A stretch of 64,000 nt of DNA. Origin: an uncultured Verrucomicrobiae bacterium (GTDB taxonomy: Bacteria; Verrucomicrobiota; Verrucomicrobiia; Chthoniobacterales; JAFAMB01). A model generated the notes under the pieces. The model searched no databases. It had not been told where the DNA came from and saw only the letters and a program-made list of their open reading frames with translations. This document shows, in pieces, positions 53,176-64,000 of this stretch (position 1 is the stretch's first letter; every line of letters starts with the position of its first letter). The translations under genes were made by a program, and so were the position numbers. The stretch lies in NCBI GenBank assembly GCA_963813025.1, contig CAWEXO010000012.1:64001-128000 (forward strand), in the 5' to 3' direction.

Positions 53176-54072
53176 ATGGACCCACTTTTTGTTCCTGAGC
53201 CGTCCAAAAAAGTCCGAGTAATCCTCAATACCGATGCTAAGAACGAGGCTGACGATCAGTACGCCATCGTTCACACGATTCTGACGCCGCTCTTTGACCT
53301 TCACGGTATCATCCCCGCTCATTTTGGAGACCGGAGAGGACCGGGCAGCCTGCGGGCCAGCCACGAAGAGGTCCTGAAGTTACTCGATTTGATGCACCTT
53401 AGGGGCCGCATCCCGGTTCATGCCGGCGCCGAAAAAGCACTCCCGGACGAGAAGACCCCGATTCCCTCCGACGGCTCGGCTTTGATCATTCGAGAGGCCA
53501 TGAAAGACGACGCCCGCCCGCTCCACGTCGCTTTTCTGGGTCCGTTGACAGACATGGCCTCAGCCGTGCTGGAGGAGCCGGCGATCGTGGAGCGCAATGT
53601 GCGCGTCATCTGGATCGGTGGTGAGGATTGGCCCGTGGGCGGGTCGGAGTTTAACCTATCGAATGACGTTACGGCAGCAAATCTGATTTTCCGCTCAAAG
53701 TTGGAACTATGGCAAATCCCGAGCACCGTCTACAAGAGAATGGCGGTCAGTTACGCCGAACTGGTGGAAAAAGTTTACGACAAGGGACCCCTCGGCAAAT
53801 ACCTGGTCGAACAGCTCGTCGAATGGAACAAGCGATACCATTCTCACGGTGCTATCGAACACCGGTCGCTCGGAGATTCGCCCGCCGTTGGCGTAATGCT
53901 GTATCCGGAATGCGGATGGTTCGACTGGTGCCCTGCCCCGGAATTCAACGCGGAAATGAATTACGTGCATACTGGGCGAAACCGGCCCATTCGCGTTTAC
54001 CACGCCATTGATCAAAGGTTTATTCTGGAAGATTTCTTCGCTAAACTGACATGGTTCACTCGGCGGCCATGA
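53176..54072 (+). CDS. nucleoside hydrolase (IU-NH family)
   Basis: ILNTDAKNEADDQYAI, LGPLTD, WIGG, EFNL..D and LGDSP. Confidence 0.9.
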   Translation: MDPLFVPEPSKKVRVILNTDAKNEADDQYAIVHTILTPLFDLHGIIPAHFGDRRGPGSLRASHEEVLKLLDLMHLRGRIPVHAGAEKALPDEKTPIPSDGSALIIREAMKDDARPLHVAFLGPLTDMASAVLEEPAIVERNVRVIWIGGEDWPVGGSEFNLSNDVTAANLIFRSKLELWQIPSTVYKRMAVSYAELVEKVYDKGPLGKYLVEQLVEWNKRYHSHGAIEHRSLGDSPAVGVMLYPECGWFDWCPAPEFNAEMNYVHTGRNRPIRVYHAIDQRFILEDFFAKLTWFTRRP

Positions 54073-54164
54073 AGGGGCGCTTTTCCAGCAGGTCCAATGA
54101 TTTACCTTCGACCTTGGGTTTACCCGCAAAAACAGAAACTTGAGTCATAAACAGGCAGAAAGAA

Positions 54165-55592
54165 ATGGTTATGAGCGGCCAGCAAAAGACTGTGCTCGGC
54201 GTGATTGTCGGCAACCGGAATTTTTTCCCGGACAGCCTCATCAGCCAGGGACGCCAGGACATCCTTGAGGTTTTGCAGGAACAAAACATCGAGGCAGTTA
54301 TCCTGGACGAGCAAGCGACCAAACTTGGTGCAGTTGAAACTTGGGAGAGCGCTCGAAGGTGTGCAGCGCTTTTTGACGAAAACCGCCATCGAATCGATGG
54401 GATTCTTGTCGCATTACCGAATTTCGGCGACGAGAAAGGCGTCACGGAGACCATTAAACTCTCGTCGCTGCGCGTGCCTATCCTTGTTCAGGCTTACCCC
54501 GATGATCTCGGCAAGTTCGGCTTGGAACGAAGGCGCGATGCTTTCTGCGGCAAGATCTCGGTCTGCAATAATTTGTATCAGTACGGGTTTCCTTTCAGCC
54601 TGACAGAACTCCACACGGTCGCTCCGAAAACCGAGTCTTTCCGAGCAGATCTTCAACGATTTGTCGCTGTGTGTCGCGTGGTGAAACGACTCAAGAATGC
54701 GCGTCTGGGTGCTGTGGGGGCGCGCCCGAATGCATTCAATACAACACGTTACAGCGAGAAACTCCTTCAGGCATTCGGCATCAGCGTCAACACCGTTGAC
54801 CTCTCCGAGATATTTGGAAGCGCGGCTAAGATCGAAGATGGTGACAAGCGGGTGAAGGAACGTCTGGAATCAATTGGTTCTTACGTTCCGACCAGCGGGA
54901 TCCCGGCACCGTCACTGGTGAAAATGTCAAAGCTCGGGATTGTCCTCGATGATTGGATGCAGCGCTATGGTATAGACGCAACTGCGATCCAATGTTGGGA
55001 TTCACTTCAGCATAATTACGGAGTGAATGTCTGCACCCTGATGAGCATGATGAGTGAAAGCCTGCTGCCGAGCGCATGCGAAGTGGACGTGACGGGAGTG
55101 GCTTCGATGTACGCGCTGCAATTGGCCTCCGGCAAACCCAGCGCCCTGGTTGATTGGAATAACAATTATGGGAGCGACCCGAACAAGTGCGTGCTTTTTC
55201 ACTGCGGCAACTGGGCCAAAAGCTTTTTCTCGGATGTTAAGATGGCAAACGCGGAGATCCTTGCCACAACGCTGGGCACGGAAAATACTTATGGAACGGT
55301 AGCGGGTCGGACTCCAGCGGGTCCGTTTAGCTATGCACGTATCACTACGGATGATCGCCAAGGCGTGATCCGCGCCTACCTGGGAGACGGTCACTTTGTT
55401 GACGACCCGCTGGATACATTTGGCAGCCGCGCCGTTGTTGAAGTGCCACGCCTCCAGGAGCTGATGAAATATATCTGCAAGAAAGGCTTTGAACACCACG
55501 CCGCCATGAATGCCTCCCATACAGCAAAGATTCTAAGCGAGGCCTTCACAACCTATTTTGGCTGGGAGACCTACACGCACAGCGCCAGCTAA
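54165..55592 (+). CDS. L-fucose/L-arabinose isomerase family protein
   Basis: [34 protein letters not shown] and GFEHH.A. Confidence 0.88.
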   Translation: MVMSGQQKTVLGVIVGNRNFFPDSLISQGRQDILEVLQEQNIEAVILDEQATKLGAVETWESARRCAALFDENRHRIDGILVALPNFGDEKGVTETIKLSSLRVPILVQAYPDDLGKFGLERRRDAFCGKISVCNNLYQYGFPFSLTELHTVAPKTESFRADLQRFVAVCRVVKRLKNARLGAVGARPNAFNTTRYSEKLLQAFGISVNTVDLSEIFGSAAKIEDGDKRVKERLESIGSYVPTSGIPAPSLVKMSKLGIVLDDWMQRYGIDATAIQCWDSLQHNYGVNVCTLMSMMSESLLPSACEVDVTGVASMYALQLASGKPSALVDWNNNYGSDPNKCVLFHCGNWAKSFFSDVKMANAEILATTLGTENTYGTVAGRTPAGPFSYARITTDDRQGVIRAYLGDGHFVDDPLDTFGSRAVVEVPRLQELMKYICKKGFEHHAAMNASHTAKILSEAFTTYFGWETYTHSAS

Positions 55593-55623
55593 CGCTCAAA
55601 TCGTCATAGATAGACTTCATCAA

Positions 55624-56310
55624 ATGGCTCGCCTTGTCTTAGCCGCTGCCAGAACCAGAACAGCCATCAGCGTTTTAATCGCTTGCGCAATCATCGCTTT
55701 CATCTGCCTTCGTCCGCCCTTCGTCATCAAGCCCCTGCGACCCGTTGCCAGTTCCGGACCCGGGGCTGTCACTAGTACCCCCGATAGCGCCAACGGCTTC
55801 GTCGAGCCGATCTGGAACAGTAAAGTCATTCCTACGATTCTAACCAAAGCAATCGATGCCAACGTGTTGCTCCCCGAAATTCGAGGAAACCCGGAGACTG
55901 CCGGGCAAAAGTACGGTCGACGGGAAGCAACCAACCCCTTCAACTACATGATCAAGGGATCTGGCAAAGTTACCCAGGTGAACACCGAGTCGCGAGCAGG
56001 AACGATGACAGTAGAGGTCGCCAACGGCAGCGGTCATGAAAGCATCAGTCTGCAGATCGGCCCGGTCGTTATTGGCACAGCGTTGCGAGACGCGACCGGC
56101 CTCGTGAGCTTTAATCAATTTACCAATCAAATCGACTACGCGGGTGTCTCGAAGGAAATGAATTTGCGCGCTATTAAAGACGCGCTTGCCGGCAGAGACC
56201 CGGCCAGCTTTAACGGTAAGACCATTCAGTTTTTCGGCGCCTTCACCCTCGATCCGAAGTCGACCAGCCCCATCCGGGTAACTCCAGTCAAGTTGGTCAT
56301 CGAGAGTTAG
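55624..56310 (+). CDS. DUF2291 family periplasmic protein
   Basis: N-terminal TM anchor and QIGPV..GTALRDA......F.NQIDY motif; precedes the sugar ABC ATPase. Confidence 0.85.
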   Translation: MARLVLAAARTRTAISVLIACAIIAFICLRPPFVIKPLRPVASSGPGAVTSTPDSANGFVEPIWNSKVIPTILTKAIDANVLLPEIRGNPETAGQKYGRREATNPFNYMIKGSGKVTQVNTESRAGTMTVEVANGSGHESISLQIGPVVIGTALRDATGLVSFNQFTNQIDYAGVSKEMNLRAIKDALAGRDPASFNGKTIQFFGAFTLDPKSTSPIRVTPVKLVIES

Positions 56311-56322
56311 TCAAACTGCGCC

Positions 56323-57942
56323 ATGGCCTCAGCTTCACCGTCAACTCAACACGAGATTTCGCAGAACGGCATCATCCTGACAGCCCAGGACATAACAAAA
56401 GTTTTTCCAGGCACGACGGCGCTCGACGGGGTCAACTTCAAGGTCTACCGCGGCAAAGTGAATGTTCTGGTAGGCGAGAACGGCGCCGGCAAGTCAACTC
56501 TGATGAAAATCTTAGCAGGCGTCGAACTGCCGACTTCCGGCCGTCTTCTCCTGGATGGCCATGAAGTAACATTCAGGAATACACGGGAAGCCGCCAAGGC
56601 CGGGGTCGGGATTATTTATCAGGAACTCAATCTTTTCCCAAATCTCAACATCGCTGAGAACATTTTTGCCGGGCGTGAGATTGCCAGAGTAGACGTCGTT
56701 GACCATGGTGCCCAGGAGAAGCTCGCCCGCAAGATTCTGGACCGTCTGGAGCAACCGCTAAACCCGCGGACCTTGGTTAGCGACTTGCGCATGGGACAGC
56801 AACAGATTGTCGAGATTGCCAAGGCCCTTTCTCAGAACGTCCGAGTACTAATAATGGATGAACCTACTTCGGCTCTGACCGCTGCTGAGACCGAGGCGCT
56901 CTTTCAGATTATTGTGGACCTCAAAGCGCACGGGGTCGCGATCGTTTACATCTCTCACAAGCTGGAAGAGCTCTTGAGGATCGGCGACCATATCACGGTA
57001 CTCCGCGACGGCAGGTTTGCCGCAGAAGCACAAGCGGCCGACGTCGATATCACCTGGATTATTGAAAAGATGGTGGGACGGACCGTTCGCGCGCCAAGTC
57101 GCGCACACGGTGCTGCCAAGCACAACGGCACGGAACTGCTGAAGGTCCAAGATCTGACCCTTCCTCGGGCAGGCAAAGGTTTCACTCTGAAAAATGTCTC
57201 CTTTTCCCTCCACGAAGGAGAGATTTTGGCCATCTATGGTCTGATGGGCGCCGGGCGGACAGAGCTCTTCGAATGCTTAATGGGCTTACATGCGGAGGCT
57301 ACTGGGAAGATCACTTTGACAGGCAAACCGCTGCGCCACGAGACTGTCTTCGATCGAATCGCAAACGGGATCACTCTGGTGCCCGAGGATCGACAACGGC
57401 TCGGGCTGGTCCAGCAATTGTCGGTAGCCCAAAATATTAGCCTGGCTAGCCTGAGACATTATCTTCGCTCGTTCTGGATCTCGGATCGCCAGGAGACTGC
57501 CGCTATAACCAGAATGATCAAGGAGCTGGCCATCAAGGTGCGGTCGCCGCAACAACCCATTACTTCGCTGAGCGGCGGCAACCAGCAAAAGGTCGTAGTG
57601 GCGAAAAGTTTACTAACCCATCCGAAGGTATTATTGCTGGACGAGCCGACCCGAGGAATTGATGTGGGCGCCAAAGCGGAGATTTTTCAAATTATTAATC
57701 GCTTAGCCAGCGAAGGGCTCGGGATCCTCTTTGTCTCGTCTGAGCTTCCCGAGGTGTTGGCCGTACCTGACCGCATCTTGGTGCTGTCCCGGGGCCGTGT
57801 GTCCGGCGTTTTCGGCCACGCCGAAGTCACCGAAGAGCTTCTCGTCCGGGCCTCGAGCGCTTATCGCCAGACGGACCTGGTGGGTGTCGAAGACACCGAG
57901 GTTACCCCGCGCCAGGGACACACCGCTAATCAGCTACCATGA
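56323..57942 (+). CDS. sugar ABC transporter ATP-binding protein
   Basis: [22 protein letters not shown] and [12 protein letters not shown]. Confidence 0.96.
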   Translation: MASASPSTQHEISQNGIILTAQDITKVFPGTTALDGVNFKVYRGKVNVLVGENGAGKSTLMKILAGVELPTSGRLLLDGHEVTFRNTREAAKAGVGIIYQELNLFPNLNIAENIFAGREIARVDVVDHGAQEKLARKILDRLEQPLNPRTLVSDLRMGQQQIVEIAKALSQNVRVLIMDEPTSALTAAETEALFQIIVDLKAHGVAIVYISHKLEELLRIGDHITVLRDGRFAAEAQAADVDITWIIEKMVGRTVRAPSRAHGAAKHNGTELLKVQDLTLPRAGKGFTLKNVSFSLHEGEILAIYGLMGAGRTELFECLMGLHAEATGKITLTGKPLRHETVFDRIANGITLVPEDRQRLGLVQQLSVAQNISLASLRHYLRSFWISDRQETAAITRMIKELAIKVRSPQQPITSLSGGNQQKVVVAKSLLTHPKVLLLDEPTRGIDVGAKAEIFQIINRLASEGLGILFVSSELPEVLAVPDRILVLSRGRVSGVFGHAEVTEELLVRASSAYRQTDLVGVEDTEVTPRQGHTANQLP

Positions 57943-58997
57943 CAACCGCACTTTCGTCTTCCGCAGGGTCAGCAAGCGTTTCCCAACTTAGTATCGGAGT
58001 TTTTCTCTTTCGCTTACGTGCATTTATCGCATTGCTGATTTTGATCGGCATATTCACTCTGCTTACGCCCTCTTTCTTCACCCGGGAAAACCTAATCATT
58101 CTGGTAGGTCAGACTGCCATTAACGCGATCATGGCTGTCGGTATGACCTTTGTAATCCTCACGGGAGGAATCGATCTCTCGGTCGGATCCACGGTTGGGC
58201 TGGCTGCGATGGTTTCGGGCTTGCTCATCGATCGGGGTCTGGAGCTGCCAATGCTTGGAATCGTTGTGTACTTCAACATTCCAGCCATCATCATTCTCGT
58301 CCTTGGTCTGGGTATCCTGGTCGGTGCATTCAACGGCATTCTGGTTACTCGCTTCAATGTTGCTCCGTTTATCGCGACCCTGGGGACGTTGTATGTCGCG
58401 CGCGGTCTGGCTCAACTAAGTAATGAGGGAGCGACTTTCCCCAATCTCGTTGGAAATCCCGCTCTGGGAAATACTGGGTTCCCTATCCTCGGAGCTGGCA
58501 CGATCCTTGGCATTCCGATCGTGATTTGGATCATGATCATTTTTACTGGCCTTGGCTGGTTTGTGGCGGCCAAGACTCCGTTCGGGCGCCAGGTCTATGC
58601 AGTCGGGGGAAACGAGCGAGCTGCGGAATTATCCGGTATCTACGTTCAGCGAATCAAGATGGCAGTCTATATGATTTGCGGGATGTGTGCCGCCATGACT
58701 GGTTTGGTGACCGCCTCTCAGTTAGTAGCAGCCCATCCCGCAACAGGCGAAAGCTACGAACTCAATGCGATTGCGGCTGTCGTACTGGGCGGTACCTCTC
58801 TGGCCGGTGGACGGGGTACCGTCTGGGGTACCCTGATCGGCGCTTTGGTTATCGGTGTACTAACGAATGGGCTCGTTCTTCTTGGAGTCCAAGAGTTCTG
58901 GAAGAAAGTTATTACCGGACTCGTGATTATCCTGGCCGTTGTGCTCGATCAGTTACAAGCGAGGTTACAGCAGCGGCTTGCCCTGAAACGTGGTTAA
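57939..58997 (+). CDS. sugar ABC transporter permease (RbsC-like)
   Basis: GMTFVILTGGIDLSVGS, PFIATLG and YELNAIAAVVLGGTSL.GG.G. Confidence 0.96.
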   Translation: MTTALSSSAGSASVSQLSIGVFLFRLRAFIALLILIGIFTLLTPSFFTRENLIILVGQTAINAIMAVGMTFVILTGGIDLSVGSTVGLAAMVSGLLIDRGLELPMLGIVVYFNIPAIIILVLGLGILVGAFNGILVTRFNVAPFIATLGTLYVARGLAQLSNEGATFPNLVGNPALGNTGFPILGAGTILGIPIVIWIMIIFTGLGWFVAAKTPFGRQVYAVGGNERAAELSGIYVQRIKMAVYMICGMCAAMTGLVTASQLVAAHPATGESYELNAIAAVVLGGTSLAGGRGTVWGTLIGALVIGVLTNGLVLLGVQEFWKKVITGLVIILAVVLDQLQARLQQRLALKRG

Positions 58998-59103
58998 CCG
59001 TTTGAAAAGAAGGAGGTGATACCAGACGCAAAAGAACGTTATAACTTCGCAACAATAATGGCGTAGAACTTCTTTCTACTTTCAACCCTGTAATTTTGTT
59101 TAA

Positions 59104-60144
<1,041 letters not shown>

Positions 60145-60747
60145 CTGATACATCCCCACTGAAGCTTCTTGTATGGCGCCCCTTATCGCTGCCCGTCGAT
60201 TGGGGCGTCCAACCACACAAGGATCGGCTCGAGTCCAGCCATTGCTCCCTGGTCATTTTCTTTGCGCAAGACGTCCAATCGAGGCACGATGTGGGATCCT
60301 TCTGGAACGGCCGAATCCTGATCATCGATTTTCTCGCGAAGTTCGGCAGTTTCGGAAATGTACCAATGGAACGAACTTTTAGATTAGTTGGAGAAGGTTC
60401 GACTTGGAGATTCTGAGGCAGAATTTCCACTCGCCCCGCGCAACGGTGGAAAAAATGGAAGACCACTACTATCTGCAAATCCACGGAGCATTTTGGACCG
60501 GAAATGAGGTTTCGGATTGGGACTCCGCTGAAGATGAGCTTAGCCAGATAAATGGCATCGCTAAGCTATTGCAGACGCGATGGCTTCCTTTCTGGTCACA
60601 ACCTGGAAAGAGCGGTCCACCTCTGAAACAAAATCAAAGCCAACTATCAACCATGAAGACGAGTCAGCCTCCGGCTCAAACCAGCTTACCTTAAATCCCG
60701 CATCTAGCTCCCCAAGCGCATCAGATTAAAAAGAGCCTTCCACTCTA

Positions 60748-61303
60748 ATGAGACACCTCCTGCTCCGCTCGCTCGCCGGCCTCGCGTGGCTCGGTGTTTT
60801 CACTCTGCCGCAGACTTCCGCCGCACCCAAGCCGGAACCGGACAAACCGAATTTCAGCGGCACCTGGACACTGGACCTTAAAGCATCGACTTCACTCGAA
60901 CCCCTGATGAAGCAACTCGGAGCCAGTTTCCTCGAACGAAAATACGCCGCCTCGGCTGGGCTTAAAGCCACCCTCTACCAAACCGAATACGTTCTGACGG
61001 TCGCTGCCCGCGGCCCCGGCTTCGCCTTAGATGAAATCCTTTATCTCGACGGACGCACCGAGCCAAGCAACCTAAAACTCCTCGGAGCGACTTCCATCAA
61101 GACCACAACCGCCTGGTCCAAGGAGGACAAGCAGCTCGTCGCGACTCATCAGATCAATAACGAAACAGGGGAAGGAAGGCGAACTGATCATCAAAAGGTA
61201 CCTGATAAACGAAGGGAAAAGCTTGGTGGTTGAATTCACCCTAAAACTCAACGCAGAACCAAACCAAACCTCTGCCCGCCAAATCTGGCACAAGCAAGCT
61301 TAA
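60748..61303 (+). CDS. secreted lipocalin/FABP-like hypothetical, frameshift near 61160
   Basis: Signal peptide and KPNFSGTWTLD. The other frame continues ELIIKRYLINEGKSLVVEFTL...ARQIWHKQA*. Confidence 0.6.
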
Positions 61304-61336
61304 TTAGGTGAGCCGCGTGAAGCCGGCCCAGGCCCT

Positions 61337-61966
61337 TCAGGAGATTTCAAAGCAACAGCGTGGTGCTTCTCCGTGGTGGCAGCGTTCCTTTACGGGGATG
61401 CCGATAATTTCCGAAAGAAGTGCCTCTACGATCAGACAAGCCTCCGGATGATGGGCCGTGGCGGCAGAAAGAGGGCAACCATTTCCATTAATAAATTGTT
61501 TCCCCTCGCCCTCCTGGACCGTGGCGTAACCGCCTAAAGCCTTTAGGGCACTCAATGCGATTTCAATCCGCTGGTCACGCGTTTTACCTTTAACCTGATC
61601 GATATGTTCCATCGCGGCCGCCCGACCAACCTCGCGCAAGCTCGCTTGCAATTCCTGCGAAGGTAAGCGCCTACCGATGACCCCGAGAACGTGGCGTAGG
61701 AGCGAACCGTATGCGGTTGGGAAAAGATATTCAGCTTCGCTAGTAATACCATATAGAGAGTGGGGCTTGCGAAGACCAGGCCGGGTCCCTAGCTGCTGGA
61801 CCAAACCATCGCGCTCAAGGCTCGTCAGGTGAGAGCGAATCGCGTTATCAGTTAGTTCCAATGCCTCAGCAAGTTCATTAACGGTGCGGTCCTCGCTCCG
61901 GAGCAAAGCAAGAATTTTACCACGTGTGCTGGCCAAAAGGCGCTGGCGCCATCCAGGAATCTTCAC
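61337..61966 (-). CDS. ArsR-like HTH transcriptional regulator with C-terminal Cys cluster (COG2345 / SufR-like)
   Basis: TVNELAEALELTDNAIRSHL..LERDGLV, RKP...Y, and CPL...C...C....CCF. Confidence 0.88.
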   Translation of the reverse strand: MKIPGWRQRLLASTRGKILALLRSEDRTVNELAEALELTDNAIRSHLTSLERDGLVQQLGTRPGLRKPHSLYGITSEAEYLFPTAYGSLLRHVLGVIGRRLPSQELQASLREVGRAAAMEHIDQVKGKTRDQRIEIALSALKALGGYATVQEGEGKQFINGNGCPLSAATAHHPEACLIVEALLSEIIGIPVKERCHHGEAPRCCFEIS

Positions 61967-62277
61967 AGTTGGACTATAGGCTAAAGCTCGAAATAATCAA
62001 AATATTCTCAAAAACTTATTGACTTATCTCAGTATTCGCGTTACTGGCCTTGGGTTCGTGAATTCAGTAGTCAACAACTCCTCACGCTAAAATGGCTTTT
62101 TGTTCATTGAATTGGTCACAGCGTTGGCGAACCGACTCTGCGGCATTTGAGGGACTCGCTCCTTCAGCCCGCGCCACTATACTTGGCCGGGCAAGCCTTT
62201 TTTCAGACATCGTGCTGCGCCATGCAACAAAGGCCATTAAGAGGTTTCAGAAATAACTCAATCCGAAGGAGAAAAAA

Positions 62278-62625
62278 ATGAAGAAGCTAGTAATGAGTAT
62301 TGGTGCAAGCCTGTTGCTGGTGCCTGGTTTATGGGCGGCGAAGGACACAACCTTCAGCGGCGAGATCATGGACGAAGCGTGTGCCAAGGGTGGCGGGCAC
62401 GAGTCGATGTTCAAGAAGATGGGTACCAACGATCCTAAAGCGTGTACCGAGGCATGCGTTAAGATGGGGAGCAAGTACGTACTGTTTAAGCCAGACAAAA
62501 CGTACTACCGACTGGACGACCAGAAGAAGCCCGTGCCGTTCGCCGGGCAGAAGGTGGAGGTTACAGGAAGCCTGAACAAGGCGAGCAAGACGATCCACGT
62601 CACAGACATCAAAGCAGCATCGTAG
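62278..62625 (+). CDS. small secreted OB-fold-like protein with C..H..CxxxC motif (DUF5818-like)
   Basis: Strong RBS (AAGGAGA), signal peptide, FSGEIMDEAC...H...CTEACVKMG.KYVL...GQKVEVTG. Confidence 0.75.
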   Translation: MKKLVMSIGASLLLVPGLWAAKDTTFSGEIMDEACAKGGGHESMFKKMGTNDPKACTEACVKMGSKYVLFKPDKTYYRLDDQKKPVPFAGQKVEVTGSLNKASKTIHVTDIKAAS

Positions 62626-62699
62626 ACCTGGGGAAAGGGCTGAGCGCCTAACCTGCCCTCTCTGGCTTTCTGGACGATTTTTCTGCCAGGGCTAATTGG

Positions 62700-63197
62700 A
62701 TGAAGCGCTCGATTCTTCTTGCACTTATGGCTCTTGCGCTGGCTGCAGTGGTGGTGGTCGGGGGATTGACTCAAATAAGGCTCGATGCGCTTCAGGAGCC
62801 CGGCCATCTCGAGACCGTTTTTGCGGCACAAGTAAAACACCACTTGGTCCGCCGCAACAGCCGCGAGGGTATTCCCCCGGCATCGCCGAATCTGCAATCG
62901 AGCATCGAGGAAGGGGACAAGCTCTACGGCACCGAATGCGCAATGTGTCACGGCCTCGACGGCCATACCCTCACTGACACGGGTCGTTGGATGTATCCGC
63001 GCGCTGCGGACCTTACCTCGGTGGCAGTGCAGAACTATTCCGATCGCGAATTATTCTGGATCGTCAAAAATGGAATTCGACTGAGCGGGATGCCCGGGTT
63101 TGGAAGAGTCGAATCCGACGAGCACATCTGGAACTTGGTGCACTACGTAAGGACTCTGCGCGGAGCGGTTCGCGTTTCTCCAGATTCCGACAAATAG
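62700..63197 (+). CDS. monoheme cytochrome c, membrane-anchored
   Basis: CAMCH heme motif, ELFWIVKNGIRLSGMP and IW.LV.YVR.L. Confidence 0.92.
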   Translation: MKRSILLALMALALAAVVVVGGLTQIRLDALQEPGHLETVFAAQVKHHLVRRNSREGIPPASPNLQSSIEEGDKLYGTECAMCHGLDGHTLTDTGRWMYPRAADLTSVAVQNYSDRELFWIVKNGIRLSGMPGFGRVESDEHIWNLVHYVRTLRGAVRVSPDSDK

Positions 63198-63569
63198 AAG
63201 GGGCGACTGATCGATGGCTAGATCCCACTTTTAAAGAAACCACGCTTAGCTGACACGACGCTTGCCTGGGCATTACAAACCTGAAAGGAAGCGAGAAGCC
63301 GGTCTTGATCGACGGCTCTGGCCTGTGAAGGAGGAAATCGTGTTGGTTCGCCGCGACTGATCCAACAGCTGTGCCGCTCACCGCACCGATCGGCACAAAA
63401 AGAGCCGCGAGTGACTCGACACCGCTCGCGGCTTTCAGACCATGGGATGGACTACATGCGCAAGAAATCGAGCAAAAATCCGCCCACGAACGAACGATGA
63501 TATCGCGGCCAAGAATCTTTTACGAATCCCGGGCGTACGGTTTTTCCGTTTCGGTGTGAGTCGCAGTGA

Positions 63570-63841
63570 TCTAGCCGCTTCAGGCACGATGCATAGATTG
63601 CCAGGGCGCGTAGCGGCCAGTAGTTCCGGTAGTAGTCGTACCGCAGGTAGATTACTCCTGGAAAGCCCGTGCCAGTCGGCAGCCTCTCGTCCCACGTACC
63701 GTCCGATCTCTGACGACTGAGTAAATATGCAACGCCTCGTTGGATGCTAGCGCGGTTAAGCTCCGGGAAAACGCAAAGTCCCATCAGCGCCCACGCGGTC
63801 TGCGACGCCGTGCTTTCTCCTTTTCCCTTTTCTTCAGGATC
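63570..63841 (-). pseudogene. shc: squalene-hopene cyclase C-terminal fragment
   Basis: [15 protein letters not shown]...[18 protein letters not shown]...TGTGFP..IYLRY..YR.YWPL.AL (QW repeat). The upstream part of the gene is absent. Confidence 0.9.
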
Positions 63842-64000
63842 GATGTCGCGTTGTTGAAAATACCGGCTGACAATCTGCCGGCGCTGACCTTGGCCGACAG
63901 CGACAAAGTCGAAGTCGGTGATGTCGTTCTAGCCGTCGTAAATCCGTTCGGTGTGGGCCAGACAGTAACGGTCGGTATCGTCAGCGCCAAGGACCGGGTG
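63842..64000 (+). pseudogene. HtrA/DegP serine protease internal fragment, runs off the window
   Basis: Manual translation [49 protein letters not shown]. No N-terminus; abuts the shc fragment. Confidence 0.85.

Noticed and set aside
59008..59030. 16S rRNA gene fragment
   Set aside because: The similarity covers only ~20 nt and the flanks are not rRNA-like; kept only as a possible SD-like element.

Overview
A 64-kb bacterial accessory region, probably from a soil organism. Gene content and style suggest Verrucomicrobia (Chthoniobacterales-like), but this is an inference. All family calls come from motif recognition by eye, not database searches. No rRNA, tRNA or CRISPR array was seen. The left third is a stress and carbon-storage neighbourhood: otsA-otsB fusion, glgB, a GT4-fusion/GH130 pair, ferritin, and ElaB-like, LapA-like and lmo0937-like small membrane proteins. 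It also holds an intact IS630 element and a stand-alone lipoprotein made of 13 tandem PASTA repeats. The middle has a six-hairpin glycosidase, a FUSC protein, an S1/P1 nuclease and a large MscS. It also carries a complete class-C group II intron inserted exactly inside a REP-like palindrome, a vapBC-type TA pair and an emrAB-like efflux pair. The right third has araFGH, a nucleoside hydrolase, and a fucose-isomerase-like / DUF2291 / ABC sugar cluster whose kinase, transketolase and regulator survive only as fragments; it resembles a decayed D-apiose pathway. Throughout the window, short colinear shards of genes (dnaK, groEL, sufB, shc, htrA, FGGY kinase, transketolase, ABC binding protein and permease, ridA, DUF488) are joined at sharp junctions. 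Several frameshifts sit in homopolymers and may be sequencing errors.
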